From: Bradymonadia bacterium
GTDB taxonomy: Bacteria; Myxococcota_A; Bradymonadia; UBA7976; UBA1532
Assembly: GCA_046290225.1 (NCBI GenBank)
Contig: JBKAGE010000038.1
Location: forward strand, 160,001 to 224,000
Direction: 5' to 3'
DNA: 64,000 nt
This document shows positions 28,209 through 39,365 of the stretch, in pieces; the stretch's first letter is position 1, and each line of letters begins with the position of its first letter. The translations under genes and the position numbers were made by a program. The notes beneath the pieces are model-generated. The model was not told where the DNA came from and searched no databases. It saw only the letters and a program-made list of their open reading frames with translations.

Positions 28209-28481
28209 ATGGCCAACACCAAGCAGACCATCAAGCGTATCCGGCAGAACGAGAAGGCCCGTATCCGCAACCGGCACATCCGCTCCACCTTCCGCACCTA
28301 CACCAAGCGCGTGCGCAGTGCTGTGGAGTCCGGCAACCTCGCCGCCGCCGAAGAGAGCCTGAAGCTCGCCGTCACCGCCCTCACCCGGGCGGCCTCGAAG
28401 GGCGTGATTCACCGGAACAACGCAGCCCGCTCCGTCTCCCGGCTCACCAAGGCCGTGAACGCGCTCCGCGCCCAGGCCTGA
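28209..28481 (+). CDS. rpsT: 30S ribosomal protein S20
   Basis: MANTKQTIKRIRQNEKARIRNR...KGVIHRNNAARSVSRL. AGGA RBS. Convergent with holA. Confidence 0.97.
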   Translation: MANTKQTIKRIRQNEKARIRNRHIRSTFRTYTKRVRSAVESGNLAAAEESLKLAVTALTRAASKGVIHRNNAARSVSRLTKAVNALRAQA

Positions 28482-28500
28482 GCACTCAAGACCTGATGTG

Positions 28501-28572
28501 GCAGGCCTGACGCGTCGGGCCTGCTCCGACGTTCGAGCAGCCCTCCTGGCGCCCAAAGGGTGCATGAGAGGG
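28501..28572. terminator. Two GC hairpins between convergent rpsT and holA
   Basis: GCAGGCCTGA-cgcg-TCGGGCCTGC and CCCTC..GCGCCC-aaa-GGGTGC..GAGGG. No clear U-tract. Confidence 0.4.
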
Positions 28573-28698
28573 CGCACGCCTCATCGTCGCCTTTCCCAAT
28601 GCAGTCACCGCTCTGGTGAGCGCCCGTTCCCGGCGTTTATCTTTCGCGTGATCTTCTGTGTCGTCCGCTGAGCCCCCCTGCTGCTCAGCCGCCCCCAC

Positions 28699-29712
28699 CT
28701 ACACTTGTCGTCCAGCGCAGAGGTCGAGCAACGCCGACTCGAAGAGCAGGTCCGAAGGCACCTTGCTCCGCTTGAGCGCCTGATCGGCTGCAGTCAAACG
28801 GTTCAGCGCCCACAGAAGCTCGTCCCCCCGGTACCGATCGAGTTGTCGCATGAAGCTCTGGGCTCTGAAGGGGGGCACACCGGCAGCTTGGGCCACGGCC
28901 TTGGCGTCGGCGCCACGGGCCCGCACGCTCCGGCCGATGATCAGCTGACGCACCTGACGTGTGATCATCGCCAGCAGCCCCAGCGGGTTTTCGCCCTGAG
29001 AGAGCAGCTCGTGGGCTTGCGCCAGAGCCTGACCCGCATTTCGGGCCGCGATGGCGTCCACCAGCTCCCAAATCGTTCGGGTCCGAGTATGCGCCACGGA
29101 GTCTTCCACGTGCTTGAGCTCGATGGCGTCAGGCTCCGACACGTAAAGACACAGGCGCTCGAGGGCTGAGTCGAGCCCGGAAAGATCACGGCCGACAGCA
29201 TCCACCATCAGAGATGCAGCGTCTGGCCGCAGCACACGCCCGCGGCGCCGGGCCTGCTGGGCCAACCAGCCGGGCAGCTCCCGCTCGTAGGGGGTCTTGG
29301 CCTCGTAGACACACCCGGTCTTGGCGATGGCCTTGTAGACCTTGGTGTTCTTTTTGATCTTGCTGTGGGCCTGAAGCACGAGGCAGCTGGACGGATCGGG
29401 ATCCTTGAGATAGCTGAGGAGCACCTCCGCTTGAGCGGCGTTGCGATCAGTGAGCATCACCTCGGCGTGGATCACCCGGACGAGGCGTCGAGGAGCCATC
29501 ATCGGCAGGGTGCGAGCCGCTTCGATGACCCGGGCCGCCTTGACACTCTCCCGAGCATCGAACCGATCGAAGTTGAAGTCTTCCACCGCGCCGGTGAGCA
29601 CGGTCTCCTTGAGCCACTGAGCCGCCTGACGCATCAAGAACGGCTCTTCTCCGTGGAGCAGGTAGATGGGCTGATTGCCCCCATCGAGGGTCTTGGACCA
29701 CTGCGAAGACAC
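28699..29712 (-). CDS. holA: DNA polymerase III subunit delta
   Basis: PIYLLHGEEPFL, DFNFDRFD, TLPMMAPRRLV, IWELVDAI, ADQALK. GTG start after AGAGGA. Synteny with lptE and rpsT. Confidence 0.93.
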   Translation of the reverse strand: MSSQWSKTLDGGNQPIYLLHGEEPFLMRQAAQWLKETVLTGAVEDFNFDRFDARESVKAARVIEAARTLPMMAPRRLVRVIHAEVMLTDRNAAQAEVLLSYLKDPDPSSCLVLQAHSKIKKNTKVYKAIAKTGCVYEAKTPYERELPGWLAQQARRRGRVLRPDAASLMVDAVGRDLSGLDSALERLCLYVSEPDAIELKHVEDSVAHTRTRTIWELVDAIAARNAGQALAQAHELLSQGENPLGLLAMITRQVRQLIIGRSVRARGADAKAVAQAAGVPPFRAQSFMRQLDRYRGDELLWALNRLTAADQALKRSKVPSDLLFESALLDLCAGRQV

Positions 29713-29726
29713 TGGCTTCCTCTTCT

Positions 29727-30251
29727 CTAGGGCCTGGGGCCAGCTTCGATGAAAGCTGCCATGGCCTGTCTGGCCCCGAGATCCACCGCAGAAGCCAGCG
29801 CCTGCCGACGAGCAGCGAGGGTGGCCACGGGGCTCGGCGCCCTGAAATAACGCGCCCCCTGGTTTATGGGGGTCCCTGACCAGATCAGCGCCCCCTCGGG
29901 GGTCATCAACCACAGCTCCACCTGCACTCGGGCTCGATACGCGCCGGCGACGCCCTCGCCATCAAAGCCCACAGGCACGTCATCCACCGGCCGCACAGCA
30001 CCGTGCAGTACCGGATCACCTGCCTCAGCATCGTGGAGCAGCTGCGCCACTGCCTGACGCAGCTGAGCGCCAAGGCTGCCGTCACCGGTGTGATCGGTGA
30101 ACACACCCAGCCGCGCCCGCCCGCGCTGATCTTCGGCGGTGAGCCATTGATACCCGCAGCCGCTGCACGTGAGCACCGAGATCGCCCCGAAGAGCACACT
30201 CCGCCTCGATGGGCCAGGGCCGTGGGCCCCTCTGAGTCCTGATCGCTTCAC
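29727..30251 (-). CDS. lptE: LPS-assembly lipoprotein LptE-like
   Basis: Lipobox CSGCGY. Size and position directly upstream of holA. Confidence 0.7.
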   Translation of the reverse strand: MKRSGLRGAHGPGPSRRSVLFGAISVLTCSGCGYQWLTAEDQRGRARLGVFTDHTGDGSLGAQLRQAVAQLLHDAEAGDPVLHGAVRPVDDVPVGFDGEGVAGAYRARVQVELWLMTPEGALIWSGTPINQGARYFRAPSPVATLAARRQALASAVDLGARQAMAAFIEAGPRP

Positions 30252-30304
30252 AGGGGCATCACTACCACAGATCGTGTACAACAGGGCCCTCCAGGAGCCG
30301 CTCT

Positions 30305-31087
30305 ATGTACCTCACCAGCCTCTGCCTGATCGGGCTGCTCGCCCGCCCCCCGCTCATCGCCGCCCCCGACGAGGCAGGCTGGCGTCAGCACGTTGCTCAG
30401 CTGGAAGAGCAGGCGCTCCGCGCCCCGGACTCTCCGGCAGCGCCCATGCGCCTCGCCGCGGGGTTCGCCCGACGGCGTCGAGTGGCCGAAGCCCTCGAGT
30501 GGGCCTCTGAAGCTGCCCGTCGTGGGGCACATCCGCTCCGGCTCGCGTTGATCCGCGGCGACGCCTTCTTCTTCGCCAACCGATTTGAAGAGGCCGCAGC
30601 AGAATACTTCGAGGTGGCCAGCACCTCGAAGACCAACACCCACGCCCATGCACAGCTCTGGCAGTGTTTGAGGGCTGTGCCTCAATCTCAGCTCGGGCGG
30701 ACCATCGACGTACTCACCGCCCGTGAGCTACTCCTCGAAGCGGGGCTCTTCGTGCCCGACGAGTTCACGTGGCCAGTGCAGCCTGACATGGCCAGAGCAG
30801 CCATCACCGAGGGGCACAAGGCGCTGGGCATGCAACGCCCACGAGAGGCGGTCGCCCATTTCCAGAAGGCCATCAAGGCGGACGGCACGCACCCGGAGGC
30901 GTTCAAAGGGATGGCCATGGCCTTGAGTCAACTCGGTGAAAAGCGTCAAGCTCTGGGTGCCTGGCAGCTTTTTCTCGGACTCAACCCCGACGACAACCGG
31001 GAGATCCGCCAGATCAGACGGCGTCTCATCGATGAAGAGCGCCGCCGCGGCCTGAAAGCCAACCAGAAGAAGAGGAAGCGTCGATGA
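30305..31087 (+). CDS. Secreted TPR protein
   Basis: Signal peptide. [35 protein letters not shown]. Confidence 0.8.
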   Translation: MYLTSLCLIGLLARPPLIAAPDEAGWRQHVAQLEEQALRAPDSPAAPMRLAAGFARRRRVAEALEWASEAARRGAHPLRLALIRGDAFFFANRFEEAAAEYFEVASTSKTNTHAHAQLWQCLRAVPQSQLGRTIDVLTARELLLEAGLFVPDEFTWPVQPDMARAAITEGHKALGMQRPREAVAHFQKAIKADGTHPEAFKGMAMALSQLGEKRQALGAWQLFLGLNPDDNREIRQIRRRLIDEERRRGLKANQKKRKRR

Positions 31088-32676
31088 CCCGCGTGATGAA
31101 GAGCTTCAGCCGGCCTGCTGTGTGGATCGGCTGTGCATTGATGTGGGCGGGGTGTGTGGCCGAGAACCCTGATCTCGCCGACGTACAGGTCGTGGGCGGC
31201 ACTGACGCCTCCACGGCTGATGGCGCAACGGGTGGCGCAGGTGGTCAGGCCGGTGCTGGTGGCCAGGCGGGCGCCGGTGGCCAGGCGGGCGCCGGTGGCC
31301 AGGCGGGTGCCGGTGGTCAGGCCGGTGCTGGCGGTCAAGCCGGCGCTGGCGGTATGGGCGGTCTCATCGGCGGCGCTGGCGGTCAGGCTGGCGCTGGTGG
31401 TCAGGCCGGCGCTGGCGGCATCATCGGCGGTGCAGGTGGCGCGGGTGGAGATCCAGGTGGCGCTGGCGGTATGGGCGGTATGCCCCCACCCTCAGATCGC
31501 GATGATGACGGTGTGGCTGATGTCGACGACAACTGCCCCGCTACCCCCAACAACAACCAGCGAGACCGCGATCAAGATGACGTGGGCAACGCGTGCGACA
31601 ACTGCCCCGATACCCCCAACCCCGATCAACGCGACAGCGACGAGGATGGTGTAGGCGACGCATGCACCCAGGGCGATCGAGACGGCGATCAGGTCGTCGA
31701 CATCCTGGACAACTGCCCCGACATCCCCAACCCCAATCAGGCAGATGGGGACTTCGATCTGGTGGGCGACGCCTGCGACAACTGCCCCGACATCCCCAAC
31801 CCTGATCAACGCGACAGCGACGAGAACGGCGCTGGTGATCTGTGCGATCTCGTCGATCAGTCCTGGGTGGCTGTGTCGTGGGAAGACGAGACCCTCGACT
31901 TCGACCTGCACGTGCTTCACCCCGAGGGCGAGTTCTTCAGCCGGGAGCTGGACTGCTGGGCGGCGAACCGGGAGGCGTCGTGGTGTAACCCTGGGTATGT
32001 GCGAGACGCCCCCTCGGAGCGTCCGCTCCAAGAAGAGGTGCGCATGGAGGTGCCCACGCCGGGCTGGTACACCGTGGGGGTCGACCTTTACCCCAACGAG
32101 GGTGGGCCTAATCGAGGCGAAGCAGAGGTGGTCCTGCATTGTCGCGGCGAAGAGGTGGAGCGCCTCGGGCCGCGGCGGCTCGACTCTCGGGGTGATCGTC
32201 GGCAGCTCTGGGAGGTGTTGCGGTTCAACCCCATCACCTGCGAGGTGGATCTCATCAACGACATCCGCAACCTCGACTGCGAGAACGGCAACTCCAACTG
32301 CGTGTGCGATGATTGCGAGCAGGGCATCTGTGCGCCGAACAACTGCGCCGAGGGCATGTGCAACATCATCACGGGCCAGTGCATCGACTTCTGCGACGAG
32401 GTCGATTGTCCTGACGGTGAGATCTGCGATCCGAACACGGGCCAGTGCCTCGCGTCTTTCGATGGCACCTGCGACGAGTGCGAGAGCTTCCGCGACTGCC
32501 CTGACAACTTCGTCTGCGTCGACTATGGCTTCGCGGGCAGGGGCTGCGCGCCCCGCTGTCGTGACGTCGGTGAGCAGTGCCCCGAGAACAGCGTCTGTGA
32601 GCAGAGCGTGTTCATGGGGCAGCCGGTCTCGGTGTGCTTCGATGCCAACAACTGCCGAGCACCCGATGAGGACTGA
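31084..32676 (+). CDS. Thrombospondin type-3 repeat, Cys-rich lipoprotein
   Basis: Lipobox WAGC. GGQAGA repeats. Four DNCP..PN..Q.D.D.DxVG..C units. DFDLHV domain and Cys-rich tail. Confidence 0.9.
   Translation: MTRVMKSFSRPAVWIGCALMWAGCVAENPDLADVQVVGGTDASTADGATGGAGGQAGAGGQAGAGGQAGAGGQAGAGGQAGAGGQAGAGGMGGLIGGAGGQAGAGGQAGAGGIIGGAGGAGGDPGGAGGMGGMPPPSDRDDDGVADVDDNCPATPNNNQRDRDQDDVGNACDNCPDTPNPDQRDSDEDGVGDACTQGDRDGDQVVDILDNCPDIPNPNQADGDFDLVGDACDNCPDIPNPDQRDSDENGAGDLCDLVDQSWVAVSWEDETLDFDLHVLHPEGEFFSRELDCWAANREASWCNPGYVRDAPSERPLQEEVRMEVPTPGWYTVGVDLYPNEGGPNRGEAEVVLHCRGEEVERLGPRRLDSRGDRRQLWEVLRFNPITCEVDLINDIRNLDCENGNSNCVCDDCEQGICAPNNCAEGMCNIITGQCIDFCDEVDCPDGEICDPNTGQCLASFDGTCDECESFRDCPDNFVCVDYGFAGRGCAPRCRDVGEQCPENSVCEQSVFMGQPVSVCFDANNCRAPDED
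31231..31480 (+). repeat. 18-bp tandem repeats encoding (GGQAGA)n linker
   Basis: ggtggccaggcgggcgcc-type units repeated about 8 times. Confidence 0.9.
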
Positions 32677-32697
32677 CCCACGGTGAGCACGTGCTGC

Positions 32698-34155
32698 TCA
32701 CCGTGACGCGAGACACGCCCTCAGCAAGATGGCCTCTCGCACCAGTGAAGCGCCTCCTTGAGCTCTGCCCTTGCCTCTCCGCGCGCTCGCAGAGCCGCCC
32801 TGCCCACCCTTCTCGAGCAACCTCATCACTCGACGCATGGCGATCTCGTTGGTGAGACCGGTGCCATACGCCACCTCGAGGCCAGCAGCGATCACCACGC
32901 TGGCCCCTCCAGCTCTGCGGGCTGGGCGGCCCTCTGTGAGCGCCTTTTTCACGCCCTCGACCCGCTTCCAACGCGGAACCGACATGCTCCAACCCGGTAT
33001 GGCGTTGAGGCCATGACCTGCGAGGGGCGGCAGGCCAGCGCCATAGATGGCATCCACCGCCCCGGCGTACTGGTGGATCACGGTGTCGACCTGCCACTCC
33101 TCCTCTGTGGTGGGATCAACGAAGAAGCGCGGCCTTCGGTGTGCGCCCCGCCACTGTGTCATGATCGGCCGTACGACCCTGGCAAAACCCATGCGGTGAA
33201 GCACATGGGCCATCAACGTGATCCGCAAGTGCGCTGGTGGCTGGGCGCCGTCGAGGGTCACCACCATCTCAGGGGCGTCGGGTCGGCCCAACGCAGATGC
33301 CCACCCTCGGAGCGCGCCAGGGCCCAGCCACACGGTCGTGAGCACATCGGCGACGAGGGTGGGCAGCCAGGGCGCGTACAGCGGCGCATTCGCCCCCTCA
33401 TTCGCCACCGACTCGAAGGCTGCGCGCCAGCCCGGACACAGCGCCACGAGCTCCTCGGCGAGCTGAGAGACTGCGTACAGCACACTGGCGGGCTCGCTCA
33501 ACGTCAGGGTGTCGAGGCTGATGATCGGCTGGTGTGCGCCCAACAGGGTGCGCCAGTGCTCGCGATCGATCTCCGCCTCTTCGCGATGACGCGGGATGAT
33601 CACCGGAGGCATCAGGCTCAACGTGATCCCATACGTCATGGCGAAGTGATGCAGGGGGTCGAGCATGCCCTGGAGGGCGCTCTCGAGGGTCTCGCACGTC
33701 TCGTGTACCCCCACCCGATGGCTGCCCGCGCTGTGGATGGCGTGCACGTCCGCCTGAATCTGGAGCACGCGCTGCTCTGCACGCTCCACGACATCGCTGT
33801 GTATCCAGAGACGGGCTGCCTGCTCTGGGGCCATGGTCTGCATGGAAGCCCACAACTCCACCATCTCGGATTCGCTTTCTTCGAGGGCAGCCATGGCGTC
33901 GCCGAGGCGATCGGCGAGCATGCTCCACGGATGTCCGAGTGGGTCGATCCAGGGCTTCGCCTCTGCAGCGAGGGCGTGGGCCTGTGCCCCCGCATCCATA
34001 CACGCCTGCATGCGGGCTCTCGCCTGGGCCACGATGGCGGCGTGATCCACCTTTGGTGCTCTGGCTTTCGCTCGGCCCTTGAGCAGCCGCCCGATGATGG
34101 AGAACAGTATGTTCACCACCACCACGATCACCCAAATGAGGCCTTCGCCGTCCAC
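32698..34155 (-). CDS. Membrane-anchored hypothetical protein, last gene of the nfeD-floA operon
   Basis: N-terminal TM and coiled coil. WLPTLVADV..WLGP...PPAHLR region. GTG start directly after the small ORF. Confidence 0.75.
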   Translation of the reverse strand: MDGEGLIWVIVVVVNILFSIIGRLLKGRAKARAPKVDHAAIVAQARARMQACMDAGAQAHALAAEAKPWIDPLGHPWSMLADRLGDAMAALEESESEMVELWASMQTMAPEQAARLWIHSDVVERAEQRVLQIQADVHAIHSAGSHRVGVHETCETLESALQGMLDPLHHFAMTYGITLSLMPPVIIPRHREEAEIDREHWRTLLGAHQPIISLDTLTLSEPASVLYAVSQLAEELVALCPGWRAAFESVANEGANAPLYAPWLPTLVADVLTTVWLGPGALRGWASALGRPDAPEMVVTLDGAQPPAHLRITLMAHVLHRMGFARVVRPIMTQWRGAHRRPRFFVDPTTEEEWQVDTVIHQYAGAVDAIYGAGLPPLAGHGLNAIPGWSMSVPRWKRVEGVKKALTEGRPARRAGGASVVIAAGLEVAYGTGLTNEIAMRRVMRLLEKGGQGGSASARRGKGRAQGGASLVREAILLRACLASR

Positions 34156-34156
34156 G

Positions 34157-34354
34157 TCAGCGTCGCTTCTGAGGTCGGAGCGCCAATGGCAAGCCCAAGG
34201 GCCCCAGGCCTCGACGGGGCTGATGCCGCTCCGGCCCTCGATACAGCCCTGGCGCTGGCCCCAGCAACTCGGCGAGCATCAACCTGCGGGCGAACCGCTC
34301 AGGGCCCCCGCCGAGCAGCACATCGAGATCTTCAGATGATCGTTCAGTCATCAT
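34157..34354 (-). CDS. Small YqfB-like protein
   Basis: Start overlaps the end of floA. The [15 protein letters not shown] motif resembles the 'ILxEILGPP' C-terminal motif of proteins downstream of floA. Confidence 0.55.
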   Translation of the reverse strand: MMTERSSEDLDVLLGGGPERFARRLMLAELLGPAPGLYRGPERHQPRRGLGPLGLPLALRPQKRR

Positions 34355-35333
34355 CGCCCCCGGATCCACCACCCATCTGGCCAATGTGGCTGCGCATCTC
34401 GGTGTCCGCGGCGATGTTCCTCAGGTTGTAGTAATCCATCACCCCCATGTTGCCGCTGCGCAGCGCCTCGGCGAGGGCCTGAGGCACCTCGGCCTCGGCC
34501 TCCGCCACCTTGGCTTTCATCTCCTGGAACCGAGCCATGGCCTCTTGCTCCGCGGCAACGGCCATGGCCCGACGGCTCTCTGCCTTGGCCTGGGCGATGT
34601 TCTTGTCGGCCTCGGCCTGCTCGATCTGCAGCTTGGCACCGATGTTGGCGCCGACATCGACGTCGGCGATGTCGATGGACAAGATCTCATAGGCCGTACC
34701 GGCGTCGAGCCCCTTCGCCATGACCACCTGAGAGATACGATCGGGGTTCTCCAACACCGCCTTGTGATTGCTCGCGGAGCCGATGGTGGTGACGATGCCC
34801 TCACCGACACGGGCGAGGATGGTGTCTTCGCCGGCGCCACCCACGAGACGCTCAATATTTGCCCGCAGCGTGATACGGCTCACGGCGATCAGCTGAATGC
34901 CGTCGCCTGCCATGGCGGCCACCTTCGGGGTCTGGATCACCTTCGGGTTTACGCTCATCTTCACCGCCTCGAGCACGTCGCGGCCGGCGAGATCGATGGC
35001 GGTGGCCTGAGCGAACGACAGGTTGATGCCCGCCTTGTCGGCGCTGATCAGCGCATTGACGACATTGCCGACGTTGCCCCCGGCGAGCCAGTGGGCCTCG
35101 AGCATGTCGATGGGCAGCTTGAGCCCCGCTTTTGCGCCGCTGATGCGGGGGTTCACGATCTGAGTGGGCGGCACTCGACGCAGACGCATGGCGATGAGCT
35201 GGAAGATGCTCACCCCGGCCCCAGAGAGGGCCGCTGCGATCCAGAGGCCGATGGGCACGAAGTACAGGAACAAGAGCACCAGGAAGAGGCCCACACCTCC
35301 CAGCACCAGCATCATCATGTTGTCGTCAAGCAT
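34344..35333 (-). CDS. floA: Flotillin-like protein FloA (UPF0365)
   Basis: [62 protein letters not shown]. Confidence 0.96.
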   Translation of the reverse strand: MLDDNMMMLVLGGVGLFLVLLFLYFVPIGLWIAAALSGAGVSIFQLIAMRLRRVPPTQIVNPRISGAKAGLKLPIDMLEAHWLAGGNVGNVVNALISADKAGINLSFAQATAIDLAGRDVLEAVKMSVNPKVIQTPKVAAMAGDGIQLIAVSRITLRANIERLVGGAGEDTILARVGEGIVTTIGSASNHKAVLENPDRISQVVMAKGLDAGTAYEILSIDIADVDVGANIGAKLQIEQAEADKNIAQAKAESRRAMAVAAEQEAMARFQEMKAKVAEAEAEVPQALAEALRSGNMGVMDYYNLRNIAADTEMRSHIGQMGGGSGGDDD

Positions 35334-36810
35334 CTGTCTCCTCCCGAACCACCACGATCCGCACCCCTTCCACCTGCACCACCCGAATCGGGGTACCCGC
35401 AGTGAGGTATTCCGTTTGACTCACGACATCGAGTACGTCGGAGCCCACCTTTGCCTTCCCAGAAAGTCTCAAATCGGTGAGCGCCTCCCCACGCTCGCCG
35501 ACATATCTGGCCCAGCCGGTGGGTGCCGAGGTGAAGCTCTCATCCTCACCGGCGCGGGTAGATCCCGCCCGCCCCACCGAGGCCTCGAGGACCATGCGTC
35601 CGCCGAGGCGGCTCTTGGGCAGAAACTTGATCACCGCCAACGAGCCCACCACGGCCACCACCAGAGAGACCATCACCAGACCCACAGATCGAGCGAGAGC
35701 CCCAGTCTGCCAGCTGACTTCGGTGGGCAGGCCGTTCATGGCCATGACCAGGCTGATCACGATGAGCACGATGCCCACCACCCCCACCACCCCGAAGCCC
35801 GGGATGACGAAGACTTCTACGAGCAACGCGATCACCCCCAAACTGAAGAGCAGCACCTCTTCCCAGCCGGCGAGCTCCACCACCATGTGACCACCGAAGA
35901 ACAGCGCGAGGCAGGTCAGGCCGAGGGCCCCAGGTACACCGAAGCCCGGAGAGTAGACCTCGGCGAGCATGCCCAGCAGCCCCAGAGACATCAGCAGCCC
36001 CGAGAACACTGGATCGGTGAGAAACCGCGCGAGCTTTTCAGCCCAAGTCAGGGTGGGGCTCACCCGCTTCGCCCCCTTCAGCCCCAACGCTTCGAGCACC
36101 CCCTCGAGGGTGTCTATGGGTGACGTGCTGATGCCCGTACGGACCGCAGAGTCGGTGGTGAGGGTGAGCAGCTTGCCCTTGGGCGAGACGCCGGGCACCT
36201 CTACATCTGCGTCCACCATGGCCTCGGCGAGGTCGCCATTGCGCCCCGTGGCCTCAGCGGTGGCCCGCATCTCCGAGCGCATGTAGCTGACCATCTTCTC
36301 GCCGACGGCTTTGGTCTCTCCCCCTTGAATCTGTACCGGCGTGGCGGCGCCGAGGGTGGCCCCTGGGGCGAAGACCACATGATCAGCGGCGAGGCTGATC
36401 AATGCCCCGGCACTGATGGCTCTGCGATCGATGTAGGCGATCACGGGCACCTCGGCTTTGAGCACTGCATCTCGAATCCGCACCGCGGCGTCGACCCGGC
36501 CACCGAAGGTGTCGACCTGCAAGATCACCGCGTCCACCTTGCCCTCGGCCTCGGAGATCAGGCGGCCGATGAACGGCGAGAGGCCCAAATCGATGGTGCC
36601 CGTCACCGGGATGATCATCACCTGGCCATTTTTCGCCTCGCCGCCCAGGTTGGGCAGCGCTGGTGCTGGTTCGAATTTAATCGATGGTGCCTCGACCTGC
36701 CCCGCATCACCTGATTGGGCCCCTTCTGGGGAGGCCTCGGGTGCTTGCGCATGGACCTGCGCGACACAGGCCATCAGCATCACCCACAACATCACGTTCC
36801 TCGGGTGCAT
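35326..36810 (-). CDS. nfeD: NfeD-family membrane serine protease (ClpP-class) long form
   Basis: [29 protein letters not shown] bundle, C-terminal OB ([11 protein letters not shown]). ATG 36810 after GAGGAG. Confidence 0.93.
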   Translation of the reverse strand: MHPRNVMLWVMLMACVAQVHAQAPEASPEGAQSGDAGQVEAPSIKFEPAPALPNLGGEAKNGQVMIIPVTGTIDLGLSPFIGRLISEAEGKVDAVILQVDTFGGRVDAAVRIRDAVLKAEVPVIAYIDRRAISAGALISLAADHVVFAPGATLGAATPVQIQGGETKAVGEKMVSYMRSEMRATAEATGRNGDLAEAMVDADVEVPGVSPKGKLLTLTTDSAVRTGISTSPIDTLEGVLEALGLKGAKRVSPTLTWAEKLARFLTDPVFSGLLMSLGLLGMLAEVYSPGFGVPGALGLTCLALFFGGHMVVELAGWEEVLLFSLGVIALLVEVFVIPGFGVVGVVGIVLIVISLVMAMNGLPTEVSWQTGALARSVGLVMVSLVVAVVGSLAVIKFLPKSRLGGRMVLEASVGRAGSTRAGEDESFTSAPTGWARYVGERGEALTDLRLSGKAKVGSDVLDVVSQTEYLTAGTPIRVVQVEGVRIVVVREETDA

Positions 36811-37055
36811 ATCGCTCCTCTCTCCTTGCCTGCCAGGGCCTCTGACTGCACAGAGCGGTTGACCCGGACAGCAGGTGCCAATATAGGCTTTGCCTCCACA
36901 AGACGGCACAGGTGACCTGATGTCGGTCACCCTCCGGTGAGGTATCCTGTACGCCTTGCCGTAGTTCAGAGTACGCCTGGAACGTCAGAAGAAGGACCGC
37001 CTCGGGGAAATATACCCTGTCCCCCTCCGGTTTCTTCCGAGCGAAAGTGAGCTCG

Positions 37056-37994
37056 ATGATGAGAAACCTTCTGACCGCCTTGACCTTCGCGCTCCCCGCT
37101 GGTGTATCCGGCCAGGGGCCGTCGCCTCAGATCACCCCCGTGGTGGGCGCGCCGGCCCCAGCACCACGCCCTGCGCCAGAGGTACCCCCCCCTGTGGGCG
37201 AGCCTGGGGCCACCGCCACCGAAGGGTGCAAGATCGACCGCACCCTCACCCTACAGCCCGGCGACTTCACCCTCGACGCCTATGATGCTCAGGATCAGGT
37301 TTTGCGGATCCATGTGACGAACCCGCTGCTGCCTTCACAAGCGGCGGCGCGGCCAGCACCGGTACGACTCGACGTGCCTGCCCATGATCACAGCGTGCGC
37401 TTGCCGCTGGCGCCCGAGGCTTTTCAGGATGCCCTGGAAGCGCACCAGAGCGGGCATCTCGTCGCGACGCTCTCGGTGAAACAGCACACCGCCACTGAGG
37501 AAGATTGCCTGGTGAAGATCGACGGGCTCAAGTCACGCCTGATGGTGCGACAGGTGAGCGACGAGACCGAGCCCATCGAGCGAGATCTCAGACCGGGCCG
37601 TGTGGTCACCCGGGTGCCCATGGGGAAGGTCCGCGTGGGCCGGGTGCAGGTGGACGCTGGCAGCGCCCCCGAGCGCCCGGAGGTGCTCTCTCAAGCCCTG
37701 ATGCACGTCGGCCAGAGCTGTATGGAGCAGGCGCTCCGCAGCCGCCCCGTGGTGAACGGCTCGCTGCACATTCAGATCGAGCGCTCTCCCACAGGCACTC
37801 TGAGGGCCCCTCAGGTGGTGGTGGACGGCCTTGCCTGCCCCTTCGTCTCTGAGTGTCTGACCCACAGCATCGAAGCCACGGAGACAGCGACAACGCTGCA
37901 GGAGAGCTTGCCCGAGGGCACCCGCGTCTTCGTGCCCTTCTTCTTCAAGGGCGCGGTGGAAGAGCGTGTGGTGAGCGGGCAAGGGGCCGAGTAG
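37056..37994 (+). CDS. Secreted protein with AgmX/PglI-like C-terminal domain
   Basis: Signal peptide and Pro-rich linker. SCMEQALRSRPVVNGSL...VSECL...FVPFFF. Confidence 0.6.
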   Translation: MMRNLLTALTFALPAGVSGQGPSPQITPVVGAPAPAPRPAPEVPPPVGEPGATATEGCKIDRTLTLQPGDFTLDAYDAQDQVLRIHVTNPLLPSQAAARPAPVRLDVPAHDHSVRLPLAPEAFQDALEAHQSGHLVATLSVKQHTATEEDCLVKIDGLKSRLMVRQVSDETEPIERDLRPGRVVTRVPMGKVRVGRVQVDAGSAPERPEVLSQALMHVGQSCMEQALRSRPVVNGSLHIQIERSPTGTLRAPQVVVDGLACPFVSECLTHSIEATETATTLQESLPEGTRVFVPFFFKGAVEERVVSGQGAE

Positions 37995-38001
37995 GCGCCC
38001 C

Positions 38002-39225
38002 TCACAGCTCTCCCAGCCTGAAGCCCATGACAATGGTGTGGGTATCTGCGTCGACTCCTCCAGTGAGCAATCCGGGCTGATAGCGATAACCCACGCTGAA
38101 CGCCTCCATCCCGACATCAGCACCTACGACTGGCCCGATGACGAACGCCGGCCTCGCGATCTCCTCCGGCGAGAGTTCCACCTCCCGCACCGTGAGCGGA
38201 CATGCATCGACCCGCGGATCACAGCGCACCGAATCTGAGTAGAACGCTGGACCGTTGGTCCGATAGGTGTAGGCGCGGAACCGCGCACCAGCGGCGAGTG
38301 CGACGGGGATGGAGGCGACCTCGAACCCCTTCACCCTGGCCTCGGCGCTCATCGTGCTCCCAGTCATAGACACAGGGACGACGCCTGGCCCCGTGCCCTC
38401 AACGGGCTCGACGCCCAGGAGAGAAGGATTCGATCCGACATAGCCAGCGGATACGTTCACAGACCACCGCTCATGGACCCCAATGCTGGCCTCCAACTCA
38501 ACTGAGGTCGTACCTGCCCCCACCGGGCCATCTGTGTCGACCCCCAACCTGAGCGACCCTCGCAGATACATGTCGGGGAAAGGGGGCGCCCATCGAGTGC
38601 GCAGGGTGAGCAGGCGCTTCAACCGGCCGGCCCTGTCGACGAAGGCCATCACCCGACCGTTACGGTCGAAGAGGACGGCGCCAGGATCGAGGGCCGCCCC
38701 CACGCTCAGACGAGAGACACTCACTCCGGCGAGTTGGGTGGTCATGACCTCCACCGCATTTTGGAGACCTTTGCTGCCCGCTTCCTCCCGACGGGTGTGC
38801 CACACGGCATAGACCTGTTGCCCCATGTGGGCCTTTCCTGTGTAGGGCTGAAGTGAGAGCGGCGTGCCGTTGAGCATGCTCGACAAGTGCACCACCACAA
38901 AGGCGCTCTCGTCGAGCCCTTGGTGCTGAACCACCTCGACCCTCTCGGCCTCCACCCAGCCTCTGCCGTTGCGACAATGCGTCTTTCGAGCGGTGTCTCG
39001 CACCTCACTCTGCCGCTTGGGTGCCGGCAACAAGACGGTCTTGTTGTCATCGACGAGCACGCCATAGCCGAACATGTCGGGTGTGTTGCAGTAGACGAGG
39101 GCCCGGCTGAAGGTCTGCTGCACCCGAGCAGCTTCAGGGGTGAGGTCTTCGGGCTCAGCTGCAGCGAGAGCAGGCAGGCAGAGGCAGATGAACAGGCTCA
39201 GGGCGATGCGCAGTACGCGGGGCAT
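38002..39225 (-). CDS. Degenerate trypsin-like domain plus C-terminal outer-membrane beta-barrel (paralogue A)
   Basis: Signal peptide. FGYGVLVDDNKTVL, PGAVLFDRNGRV. Amphipathic strands. Clear similarity to 39366-40595. Confidence 0.7.
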   Translation of the reverse strand: MPRVLRIALSLFICLCLPALAAAEPEDLTPEAARVQQTFSRALVYCNTPDMFGYGVLVDDNKTVLLPAPKRQSEVRDTARKTHCRNGRGWVEAERVEVVQHQGLDESAFVVVHLSSMLNGTPLSLQPYTGKAHMGQQVYAVWHTRREEAGSKGLQNAVEVMTTQLAGVSVSRLSVGAALDPGAVLFDRNGRVMAFVDRAGRLKRLLTLRTRWAPPFPDMYLRGSLRLGVDTDGPVGAGTTSVELEASIGVHERWSVNVSAGYVGSNPSLLGVEPVEGTGPGVVPVSMTGSTMSAEARVKGFEVASIPVALAAGARFRAYTYRTNGPAFYSDSVRCDPRVDACPLTVREVELSPEEIARPAFVIGPVVGADVGMEAFSVGYRYQPGLLTGGVDADTHTIVMGFRLGEL

Positions 39226-39267
39226 GGGCTCTCCAGGTGATGTCGCGATTCAGTCGCGCCTCCCTAG

Positions 39268-39284
39268 AGCAGCTCATGTGCCAA
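39268..39284 (-). promoter_or_regulatory. Sigma54 -24/-12 promoter
   Basis: Minus strand TTGGCAC-ATGAG-CTGCT, about 43 nt above the ATG. Confidence 0.6.
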
Positions 39285-39365
39285 CACGCATTTTCCCTTT
39301 TATTCCTTTCCCCCATGTGAGCCAGAAGTTCATTCTGCGCACATGACCCAGCACTACACGTACAA

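Noticed and set aside
28482..28698. Possible structured ncRNA after rpsT
   Set aside because: Only generic GC hairpins, with no recognisable tRNA, 6S, SRP or riboswitch signature
31231..31480. Regular short repeats as a possible CRISPR array
   Set aside because: In-frame GGQAGA coding repeats with no unique spacers and no cas genes
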